A stretch of 64,000 nt of DNA from Thermodesulfobacteriota bacterium. GTDB lineage: Bacteria > Desulfobacterota_D > UBA1144 > Nemesobacterales > UBA2774. The stretch covers positions 1,568,001-1,632,000 of the forward strand of contig OZ244197.1 in the NCBI GenBank assembly GCA_965216785.1, given 5' to 3'. The notes below the pieces were generated by a model. That model did not search any database. It was not told where the DNA came from and was given only the letters and a program-made list of their open reading frames with translations. The first letter of the stretch is position 1, and every line of letters starts with the position of its first letter. The position numbers were made by a program, and so were the translations under genes. Below, in pieces: positions 33,567 through 43,121 of the stretch.

Positions 33567-33730
33567 TAGTATAGGAAATATGAGTCTATAGTTGTACCTA
33601 CGAAAGAAGTACTACAAGTAAGGCTAGTCCGATATAAAATGCCTTCTGAACAGTAACTGAACTGAACATTATTTATTCAGTTCTCCCATCAGTTAGCACC
33701 AGTTGGTGCATCCAGTAAAGAGGTTTTAAA

Positions 33731-33931
33731 ATGTTAAAAAAGAAGAAACTGCTCTCCTTAGCGGAAGTAGCTGAGATTTATTCTTTTTCCCTTCTGACCC
33801 TTAGAAGATGGTCTGCAGAAAGACGCTTCCCACTTTATAAGGTGTCAAACAGAATACGTGTTTCACCGACCGAGTTTGAGGCATGGTTAAGTAAATCAAA
33901 AGTAGAGCCAAAAGATAGGAGGAAAATATGA
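33731..33931 (+). CDS. Excisionase-like helix-turn-helix protein
   Basis: LLSLAEVAEI..TLRRW....FP.YKV..RIRV pattern; overlaps primase start (ATGA). Confidence 0.88.
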   Translation: MLKKKKLLSLAEVAEIYSFSLLTLRRWSAERRFPLYKVSNRIRVSPTEFEAWLSKSKVEPKDRRKI

Positions 33932-36351
33932 AATATAAAAAAAGGCTCAGCAGTGAACTGAGCCTCAAAACAATATCAGATAAACAATTAGAATTTATAT
34001 TATCACGTAAAGCGAAGCGTTTCAAAAATTTATTTAAAGGTAGGGAAGATGCCTGGGGATTAATGATAGGCAATAAGTATATTTCTAAAAGTGGTGAGTT
34101 GACTGACTTGCAATACAGGAAGCATTTAGAAGGTAGAGAGTCACTTGGCATATACCCCTTGAAAGAAGACGGAACATGTAACTTTTCTTGCGTTGACCTT
34201 GACTTCAGTGATGACCCTGATCCGAAAGAGCGAGCGGAAAAGGAAGCCATAAGAATACACGAATCACTATTAAATATCGGTTTTGATCCTATGTTCGAAC
34301 GTAGTAAGTCGGGACTGATTCACATCTGGCAGTTGTTCAAGGAACCCGTATCGGCCTTAAAAGTAAGAGCTGTTCTCAGGAATATCTTGGAGAAGCTCAG
34401 TCTTAATGTCAGGAATGGCCAGGTGGAGATATTTCCTAAACAGGATTCTTTAGAGCCTGGTAAACCTGGGAATTTTATTAATCTTCCTTATTTCGGCCAG
34501 AATACAGTAATGCGAAGAGTCATGCTTAAGACTCCTGACTTTACTCCTATATCATTAAGTGAGTTTCTTAAAAGAGCTGAGAGAAGCAGGATTCCAAAAG
34601 AGACCTTGGATATAGCTTATAATAAGTTATGCGAGGAGCAGGTTCTCAGCAAAGCAGACATAAATAAGAGAGTCGTAGATATACTCTCTACCTATTGGTC
34701 TGAGGGGCAAAGACAAGACTTAACCTTATATACTTCTGGATTTATGGTAAAAGAAGGATTTACCTTGGAACAGGTACAAGAGATTATCTTAGAAGTAGCC
34801 CATAGAGCCGGAGACACAGATATTGAAGAAAGAATAAATGCTATTAAGAGCACTTTTGAAAAGGCAAAAAAAGGGCAAGATATAAAAGGTTACGAGGGTT
34901 TAAAAGAAAAACTTAGCTCTCAGGATTTACAAACCATGTGCTCTTTATTCCAGTCAGAGCAAACTGAAGAAGAGCCTAAGAATAAGAAGTATAAGGCGGT
35001 GTTCCCCGGACTGGTTGATATAGTTGAAGATAAGGGCAAGGTAGTTTTTTTGGTTAAAGAGGATAGCAAGCTAATATTAAAAACTCATGTTGAGGTAAAT
35101 GGGGAAACTTATTACCCTCCACCAAGAGACTCATTACCTTTTTTAACCTTACCAAGGGGTGATGAAGTATTAAAACACTACTGTGCCGATACCGATACGC
35201 AATTATATGAAGATTTAAGGTCTTATCATGTAGGCATTTCAGAACTTCCTAATGATATGTTTTACGATTTACTGGTAGCGTGGGACTTCCACACTTATCT
35301 CTTCGATTTGTCTCAGTATTCTCCTATCATCTGGCTCTACGCAGTCCCTGAACGTGGTAAGAGTCGTACCGGTAAAGGTTGCATTAACGTTGCCTACAGA
35401 GGTATTCATATAGAGACACTGAGAGAGGCCCATTTATTTAGGTTTGCTGACAACTTAAATGCGACTTTATTTATTGACGTTATGGACCTTTGGCGAAAAG
35501 CAGAAAAAGAGAATTCAGTAGACATAATGCTGCATAGATTTGAAAAAGGCCCGAAGGTTCCAAGGGTTCTATACCCTGAAAGAGGGCCGTTCAAGGATAC
35601 AGTATTTTACGATACTTATGGGGCTACAATAGTTGCCACCAATATGCCTGTACATGAGATTATGGAGACACGTTCACTCATGATTACAATGCCAGAGGCG
35701 AATAAAAAATACGAGAATGATATAACACCTGAGTCAGCATTATCACTAAAAGAGCGACTGGTGGCCTTCCGTGCTAGACACTTAGGAAATACGCTTCCTG
35801 ATGTTGTGGTACCAACTAGTGGAAGGCTAAGTGTTATACTCAAGCCCCTGTTTCAAGTTATAAAGCTTATAAAGCCTGAAAAAGAGAAAACTCTATCAAG
35901 GCTCACGCGGCAACTGCAATCCAGTAGAAAAGCCGAACTCTCGGAAAGTAACGCAGCTAGCATAATAAGAGTTATTGTTGCTGAACTGGGTAGGGTTAAT
36001 AATGCTTGGCTCCCATTAAAGGTAATTACAGATATATATAACAACCTGTATGCTGGTAATGATAAATACACATATAGGAAAATGGGTCAAGAGCTTAGCG
36101 CACTTGGTTTCAAACAACAGAGTGGCACCAAAAAGAAGACCAATAGGGGAGTATCTATTAAGTTGGACATACCTATGATTATAAAATTGAGCATTAAGTA
36201 CGGTGTCCCATTCAGCTTAAAACAAGTACGTGGAAACAAACGTCTCAATCGTCGCAAAGGTCACTCGGCTAATAATAACAGTAACTCTAAGGACGATGTT
36301 TCTAGTGGTCTTACGTTAGAAGATATGAAAAGGTCACTAGAACAACACTGA
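33928..36351 (+). CDS. AEP primase (TOTE-type) fused to PriCT-like and P-loop-like domains; element replication protein
   Basis: FKGRED, GIYPL, CVDLD, ERSKSG..HIW, EIFPKQ, GNFINLP; EGQRQD; PERGKS. Confidence 0.82.
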   Translation: MKYKKRLSSELSLKTISDKQLEFILSRKAKRFKNLFKGREDAWGLMIGNKYISKSGELTDLQYRKHLEGRESLGIYPLKEDGTCNFSCVDLDFSDDPDPKERAEKEAIRIHESLLNIGFDPMFERSKSGLIHIWQLFKEPVSALKVRAVLRNILEKLSLNVRNGQVEIFPKQDSLEPGKPGNFINLPYFGQNTVMRRVMLKTPDFTPISLSEFLKRAERSRIPKETLDIAYNKLCEEQVLSKADINKRVVDILSTYWSEGQRQDLTLYTSGFMVKEGFTLEQVQEIILEVAHRAGDTDIEERINAIKSTFEKAKKGQDIKGYEGLKEKLSSQDLQTMCSLFQSEQTEEEPKNKKYKAVFPGLVDIVEDKGKVVFLVKEDSKLILKTHVEVNGETYYPPPRDSLPFLTLPRGDEVLKHYCADTDTQLYEDLRSYHVGISELPNDMFYDLLVAWDFHTYLFDLSQYSPIIWLYAVPERGKSRTGKGCINVAYRGIHIETLREAHLFRFADNLNATLFIDVMDLWRKAEKENSVDIMLHRFEKGPKVPRVLYPERGPFKDTVFYDTYGATIVATNMPVHEIMETRSLMITMPEANKKYENDITPESALSLKERLVAFRARHLGNTLPDVVVPTSGRLSVILKPLFQVIKLIKPEKEKTLSRLTRQLQSSRKAELSESNAASIIRVIVAELGRVNNAWLPLKVITDIYNNLYAGNDKYTYRKMGQELSALGFKQQSGTKKKTNRGVSIKLDIPMIIKLSIKYGVPFSLKQVRGNKRLNRRKGHSANNNSNSKDDVSSGLTLEDMKRSLEQH

Positions 36352-36403
36352 GCAAGCACCTTTAAATAAAGCTTGCGTGACGTTAGTGACGTTAGTGAGG
36401 TTT
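36239..36403. repeat. Oppositely oriented 9-bp iteron-like repeats (candidate replication origin)
   Basis: AACGTCTCA/ATCGTCGCA/AAGGTCACT (36239-65) and AAGGTCACT (36330) vs GTGACGTTA x2 + GTGAGGTTT (36377-403). Confidence 0.5.
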
Positions 36404-36454
36404 TAGAACGTAGGTATAGGCAAGTTAAAGCGAAAAAAAGAGGTAGAGTAGAAA

Positions 36455-36976
36455 ATTACTACTATAAACACTCAGAGGGACGTAATAAAAACGATAGCAC
36501 TGCTGGCACAGAATAAGCTCGACCCTGAGACTTTATCTAAAGCCGAGCAGAGCCTTCTCATCGAATACTTAAGGTTTGAGGAAAACCTTACTATTAGTAC
36601 GATAGCGGCTCTATTGAACATTCATAGAGACACTGTGAGAAGCAGAATAAAGAAAGCGGACGAGGCTATGAGGACTAGGCTAATAGCCAGAGGTTTTGAC
36701 GCTTGGGACGTCATATCTGAGCTGATGCGGGTGAAGAGGGTAGTGCAGTCTAAGGCAGCCAAAAAAGGCGACTGGGGCTTAGTATGGCGGACAGAGATGG
36801 ATACAATAGACAAGCTTATATCACTCGGTTTAATTAAGCAGTACGACCCTCTTTCTGCGTCTCAGGAGGACGATTTAAAAGGTATAGACGCTAAGACCCT
36901 TCGGAAGAAATATGAGGAAGCCAAGACAAAAGAACAGAATAAAACGCCTGGAGTTAATGCTAAAAATAGAGCCTAA
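36455..36976 (+). CDS. HTH protein, possibly terminase-small-subunit-like; true start probably upstream of 36614
   Basis: Frame open from 36452; LTISTIAALLNIHRDTVRSRIK HTH spans the TTG called by the ORF track; GAGGT upstream of ATT 36455. Confidence 0.6.
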   Translation: MTTINTQRDVIKTIALLAQNKLDPETLSKAEQSLLIEYLRFEENLTISTIAALLNIHRDTVRSRIKKADEAMRTRLIARGFDAWDVISELMRVKRVVQSKAAKKGDWGLVWRTEMDTIDKLISLGLIKQYDPLSASQEDDLKGIDAKTLRKKYEEAKTKEQNKTPGVNAKNRA

Positions 36977-37129
36977 GAACTTTAGGTTTTCGAGATAGCT
37001 GGCCCGGCATAAACTGACTACCACTACATAACAAAAATCAGATTTCCACTTATAGTATGCCGAATATTCTTACGAGCGTGCTCACAATATAGAATATATA
37101 AGTTGTATTATCCTGCCCTAATATAACTC

Positions 37130-37162
37130 TCAGAGCTCATACAGGCCCGTAGAGACGATTTT
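37130..37162. repeat. 33-bp exact direct repeat (copy 1), core of a ~75 bp imperfect repeat
   Basis: TCAGAGCTCATACAGGCCCGTAGAGACGATTTT also at 44620-44652. Confidence 0.93.
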
Positions 37163-37213
37163 ATAATGTGTCCCTGGGGTTTCCTTTTGTCAAGCTCATC
37201 CGCGTCTACAAAT

Positions 37214-37253
37214 AAAAACGCTCAGCCAACCACAGTGGATTAACTGAGCGTTT
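37214..37253 (-). terminator. Intrinsic terminator
   Basis: AAACGCTCAG...CTGAGCGTTT stem with T tract on the minus strand, downstream of the 37284 gene. Confidence 0.7.
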
Positions 37254-37283
37254 CCTAAAGAAGGATTATATGAGGAACTTTTG

Positions 37284-38648
37284 TTAAACCGTAGCGTACT
37301 TCTTCCTGATTGCGATAAATCCAACTAGCCCTAACACTCCCGCCATAGCTATAAGTCCCCATTCTGAAAGGGTAGGAATATTTCTTGCCGTCATCGGGTC
37401 GAGGCACAAAGCCAAGTAAATCTCTTCGAATCCATCAGGATTCCCACCGTTTATGTTAGACTGCGATTCAAAGGCTATGTAACTGCCGTTACCGCTTACT
37501 ACCGGGTCTTCGCTGTCATCATTATTCGTAGAGGTCACGGGGATTAGGACGCCGTTATTTGTATCAGTTACTATGATTGAACGGTTATTCTCGGGGTTGA
37601 CATTATCAAGGTTAAGCTCGGACTCTATTGCAACGATTGTGCCCGTGTAATCAATCGATGGGTCGACACTCCCTACTCCGAACCCGCCGTTGGTCAACTG
37701 TGTAAATGTGTTCGTATTGGTATCGAAAACAAAGGTCTGGTGATGCAGGCCCGGATTCCCGCCAGTAAAGTTTTCACGGGAACGAAACGCGATTCGAGTA
37801 CCATCCGCATTTACTGACGGTTGTCCGCTACCGAACCCAGTAGTGAATGTTATCTGCTGGATCGTCCCGTTTGTTACATCGGCGAGGTATATCTCTGAAT
37901 TGTGATCAGGATTTCCACCGTTAATATTCGCAGTAGATGTAAAAGCAACACAATTGCCTTCCGCGCTAATCGAAGGAGAAACACTATTGTATAATGTAGA
38001 GTCAGTTATCTGGGTAATTATCCCGGTTGCAGTATTGGCGATCCATATCTCATCTCTACCATCCGGGTTTCCGCCGTTAAAGTCATCGTCGGAACGAAAC
38101 GCTATTCGTGTACCATCTGCGCTTATAGATGGGTCTGTACTTCCTGATATAAACATGTTAAATGGACTGTCAGTTATTTGCGAAATTACTCCGGTTGTGG
38201 AATTGTAGAGCCATATCTCAAGGCTGCCATCCGGGTTTCCGCCGTTAAAGTCATCGTTAGAACGAAACGCAATAAGTGTGCCGTCTGCGTTTACAGAGGG
38301 AAAGCCGTTGTTTTGAAGGCCCGTTGTGTTTGTAATCTGAGTAATCACACCGGTTATTGAATTGACAAAGAATATCTCTCTATTATTGTCCGGGTTTCCG
38401 CCTGTATGGTCGGCGAGTGATGAGAACGCTACAATTTTCCCGTCGAAATTAATTGAAGCTTGTTCACTGCGTTCCTCGGGGTCGTTGGTCAGCTGTTTTA
38501 TCGCATGTCCTGGGCAGACGAGCTGCTGGGCTTGAGCGGAATGATTAGCAACAATAACTGATGATAAGAGTAAGATTGTTATTGCTAAAAAGAAAGATGC
38601 TTTTCGGCAAAACGTTAATTCTCCGGTAAATGTCTTTATGTATTCCAA
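37284..38648 (-). CDS. PD40/TolB-like beta-propeller protein with IPTL-CTERM
   Basis: Repeated PSVNADGT.IAFRS..NGGNP units; IPTLSEWGL-TM-RKK; TTG start with AGGAGG. Confidence 0.9.
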   Translation of the reverse strand: MEYIKTFTGELTFCRKASFFLAITILLLSSVIVANHSAQAQQLVCPGHAIKQLTNDPEERSEQASINFDGKIVAFSSLADHTGGNPDNNREIFFVNSITGVITQITNTTGLQNNGFPSVNADGTLIAFRSNDDFNGGNPDGSLEIWLYNSTTGVISQITDSPFNMFISGSTDPSISADGTRIAFRSDDDFNGGNPDGRDEIWIANTATGIITQITDSTLYNSVSPSISAEGNCVAFTSTANINGGNPDHNSEIYLADVTNGTIQQITFTTGFGSGQPSVNADGTRIAFRSRENFTGGNPGLHHQTFVFDTNTNTFTQLTNGGFGVGSVDPSIDYTGTIVAIESELNLDNVNPENNRSIIVTDTNNGVLIPVTSTNNDDSEDPVVSGNGSYIAFESQSNINGGNPDGFEEIYLALCLDPMTARNIPTLSEWGLIAMAGVLGLVGFIAIRKKYATV

Positions 38649-38809
38649 TGTCTCTACCCTCCTTAAAGATAAAAATCTAAGTCTAAAGATTACTATAGAT
38701 TGATAGAAATTAATAGATGGTAAATCGTATTTATATGAGAGTTATTGACAAATCCACTGACATAGCTCCTGGTAAATAATCTGGATGTGACGTAAGTTGG
38801 TGAGATTAC

Positions 38810-38858
38810 TGGAGCCGACGATCGGAATTGAACCGATTACCTGCTCATTACGAGTGAG
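38810..38858 (-). pseudogene. 3' half of tRNA-Thr(CGT): orphan att-site remnant
   Basis: Minus strand reads CTCACTCGTAATGAGCAGGTAATCGGTTCAATTCCGATCGTCGGCTCCA; no D-arm or 5' acceptor strand. Confidence 0.88.
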
Positions 38859-39107
38859 TTATTAGTTAACCACAGGTTATCTAACTAACTGTAATTACTT
38901 GATAATATTTCCAGCATATGACCTCATATTAACTAAATACCATTGGAAGGTTAGATAATGGTTAGACACTTTTAATGCACATGCCTCCTGCGTAAGTATC
39001 TAATCTATCATGTTGTTACTAAGGGTTCAATAGTAGAATACGGGTAGTAACTCTTACTAATTGATTAGGCCCAGCTATAGGTTGATAGATGGATTTTTAA
39101 CATGCTA

Positions 39108-39133
39108 ATGAGGGGAGCCGAAGCTCCCCTCAT
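39108..39133 (-). terminator. GGGAGC-TTCG-GCTCCC hairpin
   Basis: Perfect extended stem downstream of the C-type lectin gene; weak U tract. Confidence 0.65.
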
Positions 39134-39201
39134 ACACATTTGATCCTCCCTTTTTAGCTGTGGAGGAGGATAGAGGGAGGATAGGATGAAAACATTATTT
39201 T

Positions 39202-39810
39202 CTATGCGGTTACTTTTCTTCTACGGATAGCTATTAGACCGATTATCCCTAATACACCAGCCATTACAATCAAGCCCCATTCACTGATCGTTGGGATAGG
39301 TCTGGGCGCCAGCACAAATGAAGGCTCAAATTCAATAATACATCCGTTTGTGTCAAAACAACCCTGATCGTTCCAACCATCTCCATCCATTTCAAGGCAA
39401 TTTTCACAGCCATCTTCACCTTCGCAGCCAGCATCATTGGGTTCATCTTCATTCCACGCGGTAAAATCAAAGGGTTCACCGGTGATCCATTCCCAATCTT
39501 CGTCTGGTTCAGCTGCACCTTCCGCCTGTATGCCACCCAACCAACCATCTCCGCAGTCAAGGTCATTAGTAATAAATTGCTGTTCCTGGTCATTATTTAC
39601 TGTTGCAAGATGGCCCTGCATAGTCATAAACACTTGTTGAGAAGCAAAATCTCTGGCATCAAACCAGTCGCGATCACAATCTATATAGCATTGATAATAA
39701 TGACCATTAACTGGATTAAATTCCGGTGGTGGAACACCATTAGCACTTGATGTCATAGGGAGGCTAATAAAAAGAAATAATAAAAAGCAACTAGTAGTAA
39801 AAGTCTGCAT
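39202..39810 (-). CDS. C-type lectin-like domain protein with IPTL-CTERM
   Basis: NGHYY, GHLATV, WLGG, WITGEP, EPND, WND.C; IPTISEWGL-TM-RRRK. Confidence 0.9.
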   Translation of the reverse strand: MQTFTTSCFLLFLFISLPMTSSANGVPPPEFNPVNGHYYQCYIDCDRDWFDARDFASQQVFMTMQGHLATVNNDQEQQFITNDLDCGDGWLGGIQAEGAAEPDEDWEWITGEPFDFTAWNEDEPNDAGCEGEDGCENCLEMDGDGWNDQGCFDTNGCIIEFEPSFVLAPRPIPTISEWGLIVMAGVLGIIGLIAIRRRKVTA

Positions 39811-40079
39811 CTTATATCCTCCTCTAACTTAAATGTTAAAAATTTGAATTTACTTTTTTTGACAGCTTGTAGAGTTATTGAATTTTTAGGTTGTACATTT
39901 AGAATTTGAAGATTACTTACACTTAAACCCTGATTGTCATAATGAGCAGCTTCTAGTTACTATAGTCGCATCTAATCAACAGTAGTAATCGACCTCCTTT
40001 AAGGCTTAACAGTAATATGCATTATACAATAAACAGAAACAAATGTATACCTAGTCTAAGGCTGGATTAAGAGATGATT

Positions 40080-40165
40080 TGTACTGCACCCCTTTTGTTA
40101 AGCCCGGTTTAAGTTGGATTTATGGATAATGAAATTAAACAAAAAAGGGAGCCGAAGCTCCCTTT
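40080..40165. repeat. 3'-end module: IS3-like terminal sequence + UUCG terminator (copy 1)
   Basis: TGTACTGCACCCCTTTTGTTAAG...AAAAAAGGGAGCCGAAGCTCCC; similar at 46608-46696 and 47566-47650. Confidence 0.8.
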
Positions 40166-40199
40166 GGTATTCAATTTTACTGTTACAGTTAGTTTCAGA

Positions 40200-41534
40200 T
40201 TAAGCTGTTGCTTTTCTTCTTCGGAGAGCTAGTAAGCCAATAATCCCTAATACTCCCGCCATCGCTATAAGCCCCCACTCTGAAAGCGTTGGGATGTTCC
40301 TCGCTGTCATTGGATCGAGGCAGGTGGCTACGTATATCTGATCGGGAGTTTGATCAGGGTTCCCGCCGTTTATGTTTGAGGTTGACTCAAATGCGATACG
40401 CGTGCCGTCCGCATTGATTGATGGCCGCTCACTAAAGCCCCCGCCAGAAGTTATATTAGTCACTGAGGTGGTAACCGAGTTTGTCGAATCGAATACCCAT
40501 ATCTGATTGAATCCGCCGGGGTTCTGGCCGTTTATGTTTCCGTTGGACCTGAATGCGACACGCGTGCCGGGCGCATCAATTGTCGGGTCGTTAACATTTC
40601 CTGGTTCCGTTACCTCAGTAATCATTCCGGCAGTTGTATCAAAAATCACAATCTGATTACCCGGGCCAATGTTTCTCCTAAATGCGATTCTCATACCGTC
40701 ACCGTTTATTGACGGGTCGGTATTAAAGGAAGACCCCGTCGTAAACGTTATCTGGGTAAATGTTGCGGTCGTAATATCGAAAAGAAAGATTTCCAGGTTT
40801 CCGTCGGGGTTTCCCCCTGTAATATTTGCAGTGGACCGAAAGGCAATACGCGTTCCGTCTCCGCTTAATTGAGGATCGTTGTTGCTCCCCGTCACCGTAT
40901 CCGTTACCTGTGTAATAACACCTGTTGCCGTATCGACGAAGTATACCTCAGTGTTGAAATCAGGGTTTCCACCGTTAATGTTCCCGTTTGAGCGAAATGC
41001 GATACGCGTGCCGCCCGAGTCTATTGATGCACCGCCTGTTGACCCCGAAGGACCAGACGTAAATTGGGTAAAGGTCGAGGTCGTCGTGTCGAACATGAAG
41101 ATTTGAGGTCTCAGGATTCCGTTACCACCCGTAAAGTTCGCACTTGACTGAAATGCGATACGCGTGCCGTCGCCGTTTATTGACGGTTGCCTGCTGGTCT
41201 CCGCACTTTCTGTAATCTGCGTAATAACTTTAGTCTTTGTGTTGGCAAGGAATATCTCGTTATTCATAAGAGGGTTGTCCCCTGTCAGGTCTGCACGGGA
41301 TTCAAAAGCGACGAAGCCTCCGTCTGCGTTTATCGAAGGCTCAATACTATTTCCCGAGTCTGCATCCGTTATCTGCTGTATAAAACGGGGGTTGCAAAAG
41401 AGCTGCTGCGCTTGCGCACTTTGACTGAGAATTAAGAATGAACAAACGAAGAAAAGTGTTAAAGATAAAAAGCTTAAAGCTATCTGAGAATGCCGGGATA
41501 AGGTCTTTCCGACGGCCGGGTTTGTATATTCCAT
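40200..41534 (-). CDS. PD40/TolB-like beta-propeller protein with IPTL-CTERM
   Basis: PSINGDGTRIAF repeats; IPTLSEWGL-TM-RRRK. Confidence 0.9.
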   Translation of the reverse strand: MEYTNPAVGKTLSRHSQIALSFLSLTLFFVCSFLILSQSAQAQQLFCNPRFIQQITDADSGNSIEPSINADGGFVAFESRADLTGDNPLMNNEIFLANTKTKVITQITESAETSRQPSINGDGTRIAFQSSANFTGGNGILRPQIFMFDTTTSTFTQFTSGPSGSTGGASIDSGGTRIAFRSNGNINGGNPDFNTEVYFVDTATGVITQVTDTVTGSNNDPQLSGDGTRIAFRSTANITGGNPDGNLEIFLFDITTATFTQITFTTGSSFNTDPSINGDGMRIAFRRNIGPGNQIVIFDTTAGMITEVTEPGNVNDPTIDAPGTRVAFRSNGNINGQNPGGFNQIWVFDSTNSVTTSVTNITSGGGFSERPSINADGTRIAFESTSNINGGNPDQTPDQIYVATCLDPMTARNIPTLSEWGLIAMAGVLGIIGLLALRRRKATA

Positions 41535-41691
41535 AACCCCTTCCTCCTTTAGGAATAAATGATTGGTTCTATTCTACAATATTTTTAAAGTAATCAAAAG
41601 AGTATTGCTTAACTTATCCCATTTTATTAAATACATCCTCTGTGCTTATATTTATTCTGTATTCTAGAAATGAATCTGTATAAATTAGTGA

Positions 41692-41708
41692 TATTGTGTA
41701 CATAACGT
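41692..41708 (+). repeat. Res-like repeated motif, copy A
   Basis: TATTGTGTACATAACGT; exact at 44232, variants at 44802, 46405, 46530. Confidence 0.75.
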
Positions 41709-41954
41709 AAAGATGGTGTGTAATTAAACATATGATGGTAATTAGTTGAGATTATTGAGAATATATGACTTTAAAAGAGAGCAGTGCACAAGCATAGTGA
41801 TATAAATAATTACTAGTCACTTGGTGTAATGATATTGAGTCACTTTTTCAACATCTGGTAGTTTCCATGTTTTGTCAAATAACGACTTCTCAGGCCTATA
41901 CAAACTGTTAATCAGAAAGAAGTCTTCTCCAGTAAGTAGCCAATTTGATTACTT

Positions 41955-43028
41955 TCACCCTCCATTATTGGGTTTGAGAGGAATCCCATTATCGTAACTA
42001 ATGTCCCCGTCAAGATATTTTTTACCAGGAGGTGCCTTATCACCGGGGACTCGCTCCTTTTCCACATAATGTCTGCCATCGTACACATGAGTAACATATG
42101 TCCGGGGAGCTCCGCCACCCGATTCTAACCGCACAATGTTGTTCCATCCCGATGTTCTCTCGTCAGAGACAATGACCGGTAAACGGCTTATGGGAAAGTT
42201 ATCAACTAATTCGTAACCTTCTTGGCTTGGAGTAAAAAGCATTAGACTACAGCCGCCTGTACCGCAGAATATTGAGCCCAAGAGGTAGACAAAGACTTCT
42301 TGGGCTCCATCACCGTTTAGATCAACCCGAGTGTAAACGTAACGCGCTGTGATTCCGTTACCAATATCCATCATCTCTTGATTATAGTCAGGAGACTCTC
42401 TAATTATAGCTGCCTCAATAACTGAGTCGGGCTCTGTCTGTAAGTTTCTTTGGTCGTCATGTGGTTCCCACACATAAATGCCGCCGTCTGCCATCAAACT
42501 AAGGTAGAGCTTACCATCTTTTAATAAGTAAGAGCGTACATATTGGGTATGAGTCGAAATTTGCTCATCCAGTCTCGGAGCGGGGCAGAGCGCATTTGTG
42601 GTCGCAAGCTTCCCAAATTCAAATCGACCGCTTGTGCCGTCAGGACCAGCTTGGGACGACCATGTTCCATTGGCTTGATTACAGTCAAGCATCATGTTGA
42701 CAGCCCCGTCAGCATTAAGTTGCATGGTAAACTTGGAAGAATCTTCTGGTCGTATCGTGTCCACTGAGTCATCCATTGACTGAAACTCTAGCAGGCGCCA
42801 TTTGGTTCCAGCGAGCGATTCTACGACACCGGTTTCAGAATCAGCAGTTTTATCCTTGTCCGACACGGCCTCAGTTGATTGAGTATCAGATTGTGTTTGA
42901 GGTTCATCACCGGACTGGCTGCACCCTGTGAACATGAGCAAACTTACTAAAAACATAACTACAATATAAAGGCACGTAGCTGAATTATATTTAAGATTCT
43001 TATTTACCACTGATTTAACTCGTTTCAC
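41955..43028 (-). CDS. META-domain lipoprotein
   Basis: Lipobox FTGC; LAGTKWRL, DCNQ..G, T.ALCP; C-terminal DLNGDG..CGTGGC domain. Confidence 0.85.
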   Translation of the reverse strand: MKRVKSVVNKNLKYNSATCLYIVVMFLVSLLMFTGCSQSGDEPQTQSDTQSTEAVSDKDKTADSETGVVESLAGTKWRLLEFQSMDDSVDTIRPEDSSKFTMQLNADGAVNMMLDCNQANGTWSSQAGPDGTSGRFEFGKLATTNALCPAPRLDEQISTHTQYVRSYLLKDGKLYLSLMADGGIYVWEPHDDQRNLQTEPDSVIEAAIIRESPDYNQEMMDIGNGITARYVYTRVDLNGDGAQEVFVYLLGSIFCGTGGCSLMLFTPSQEGYELVDNFPISRLPVIVSDERTSGWNNIVRLESGGGAPRTYVTHVYDGRHYVEKERVPGDKAPPGKKYLDGDISYDNGIPLKPNNGG

Positions 43029-43121
43029 AAAATGCAGAAATCAGCAAAGTCTAAATTCTATTGAGTAAATTGCACTCTGCCTGCCAATAGAAATGACTCT
43101 GCTGATTTCTCAGTATCTTTA

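Noticed and set aside
38810-38858. Functional tRNA-Thr
   Set aside because: 5' acceptor strand and D-arm are missing
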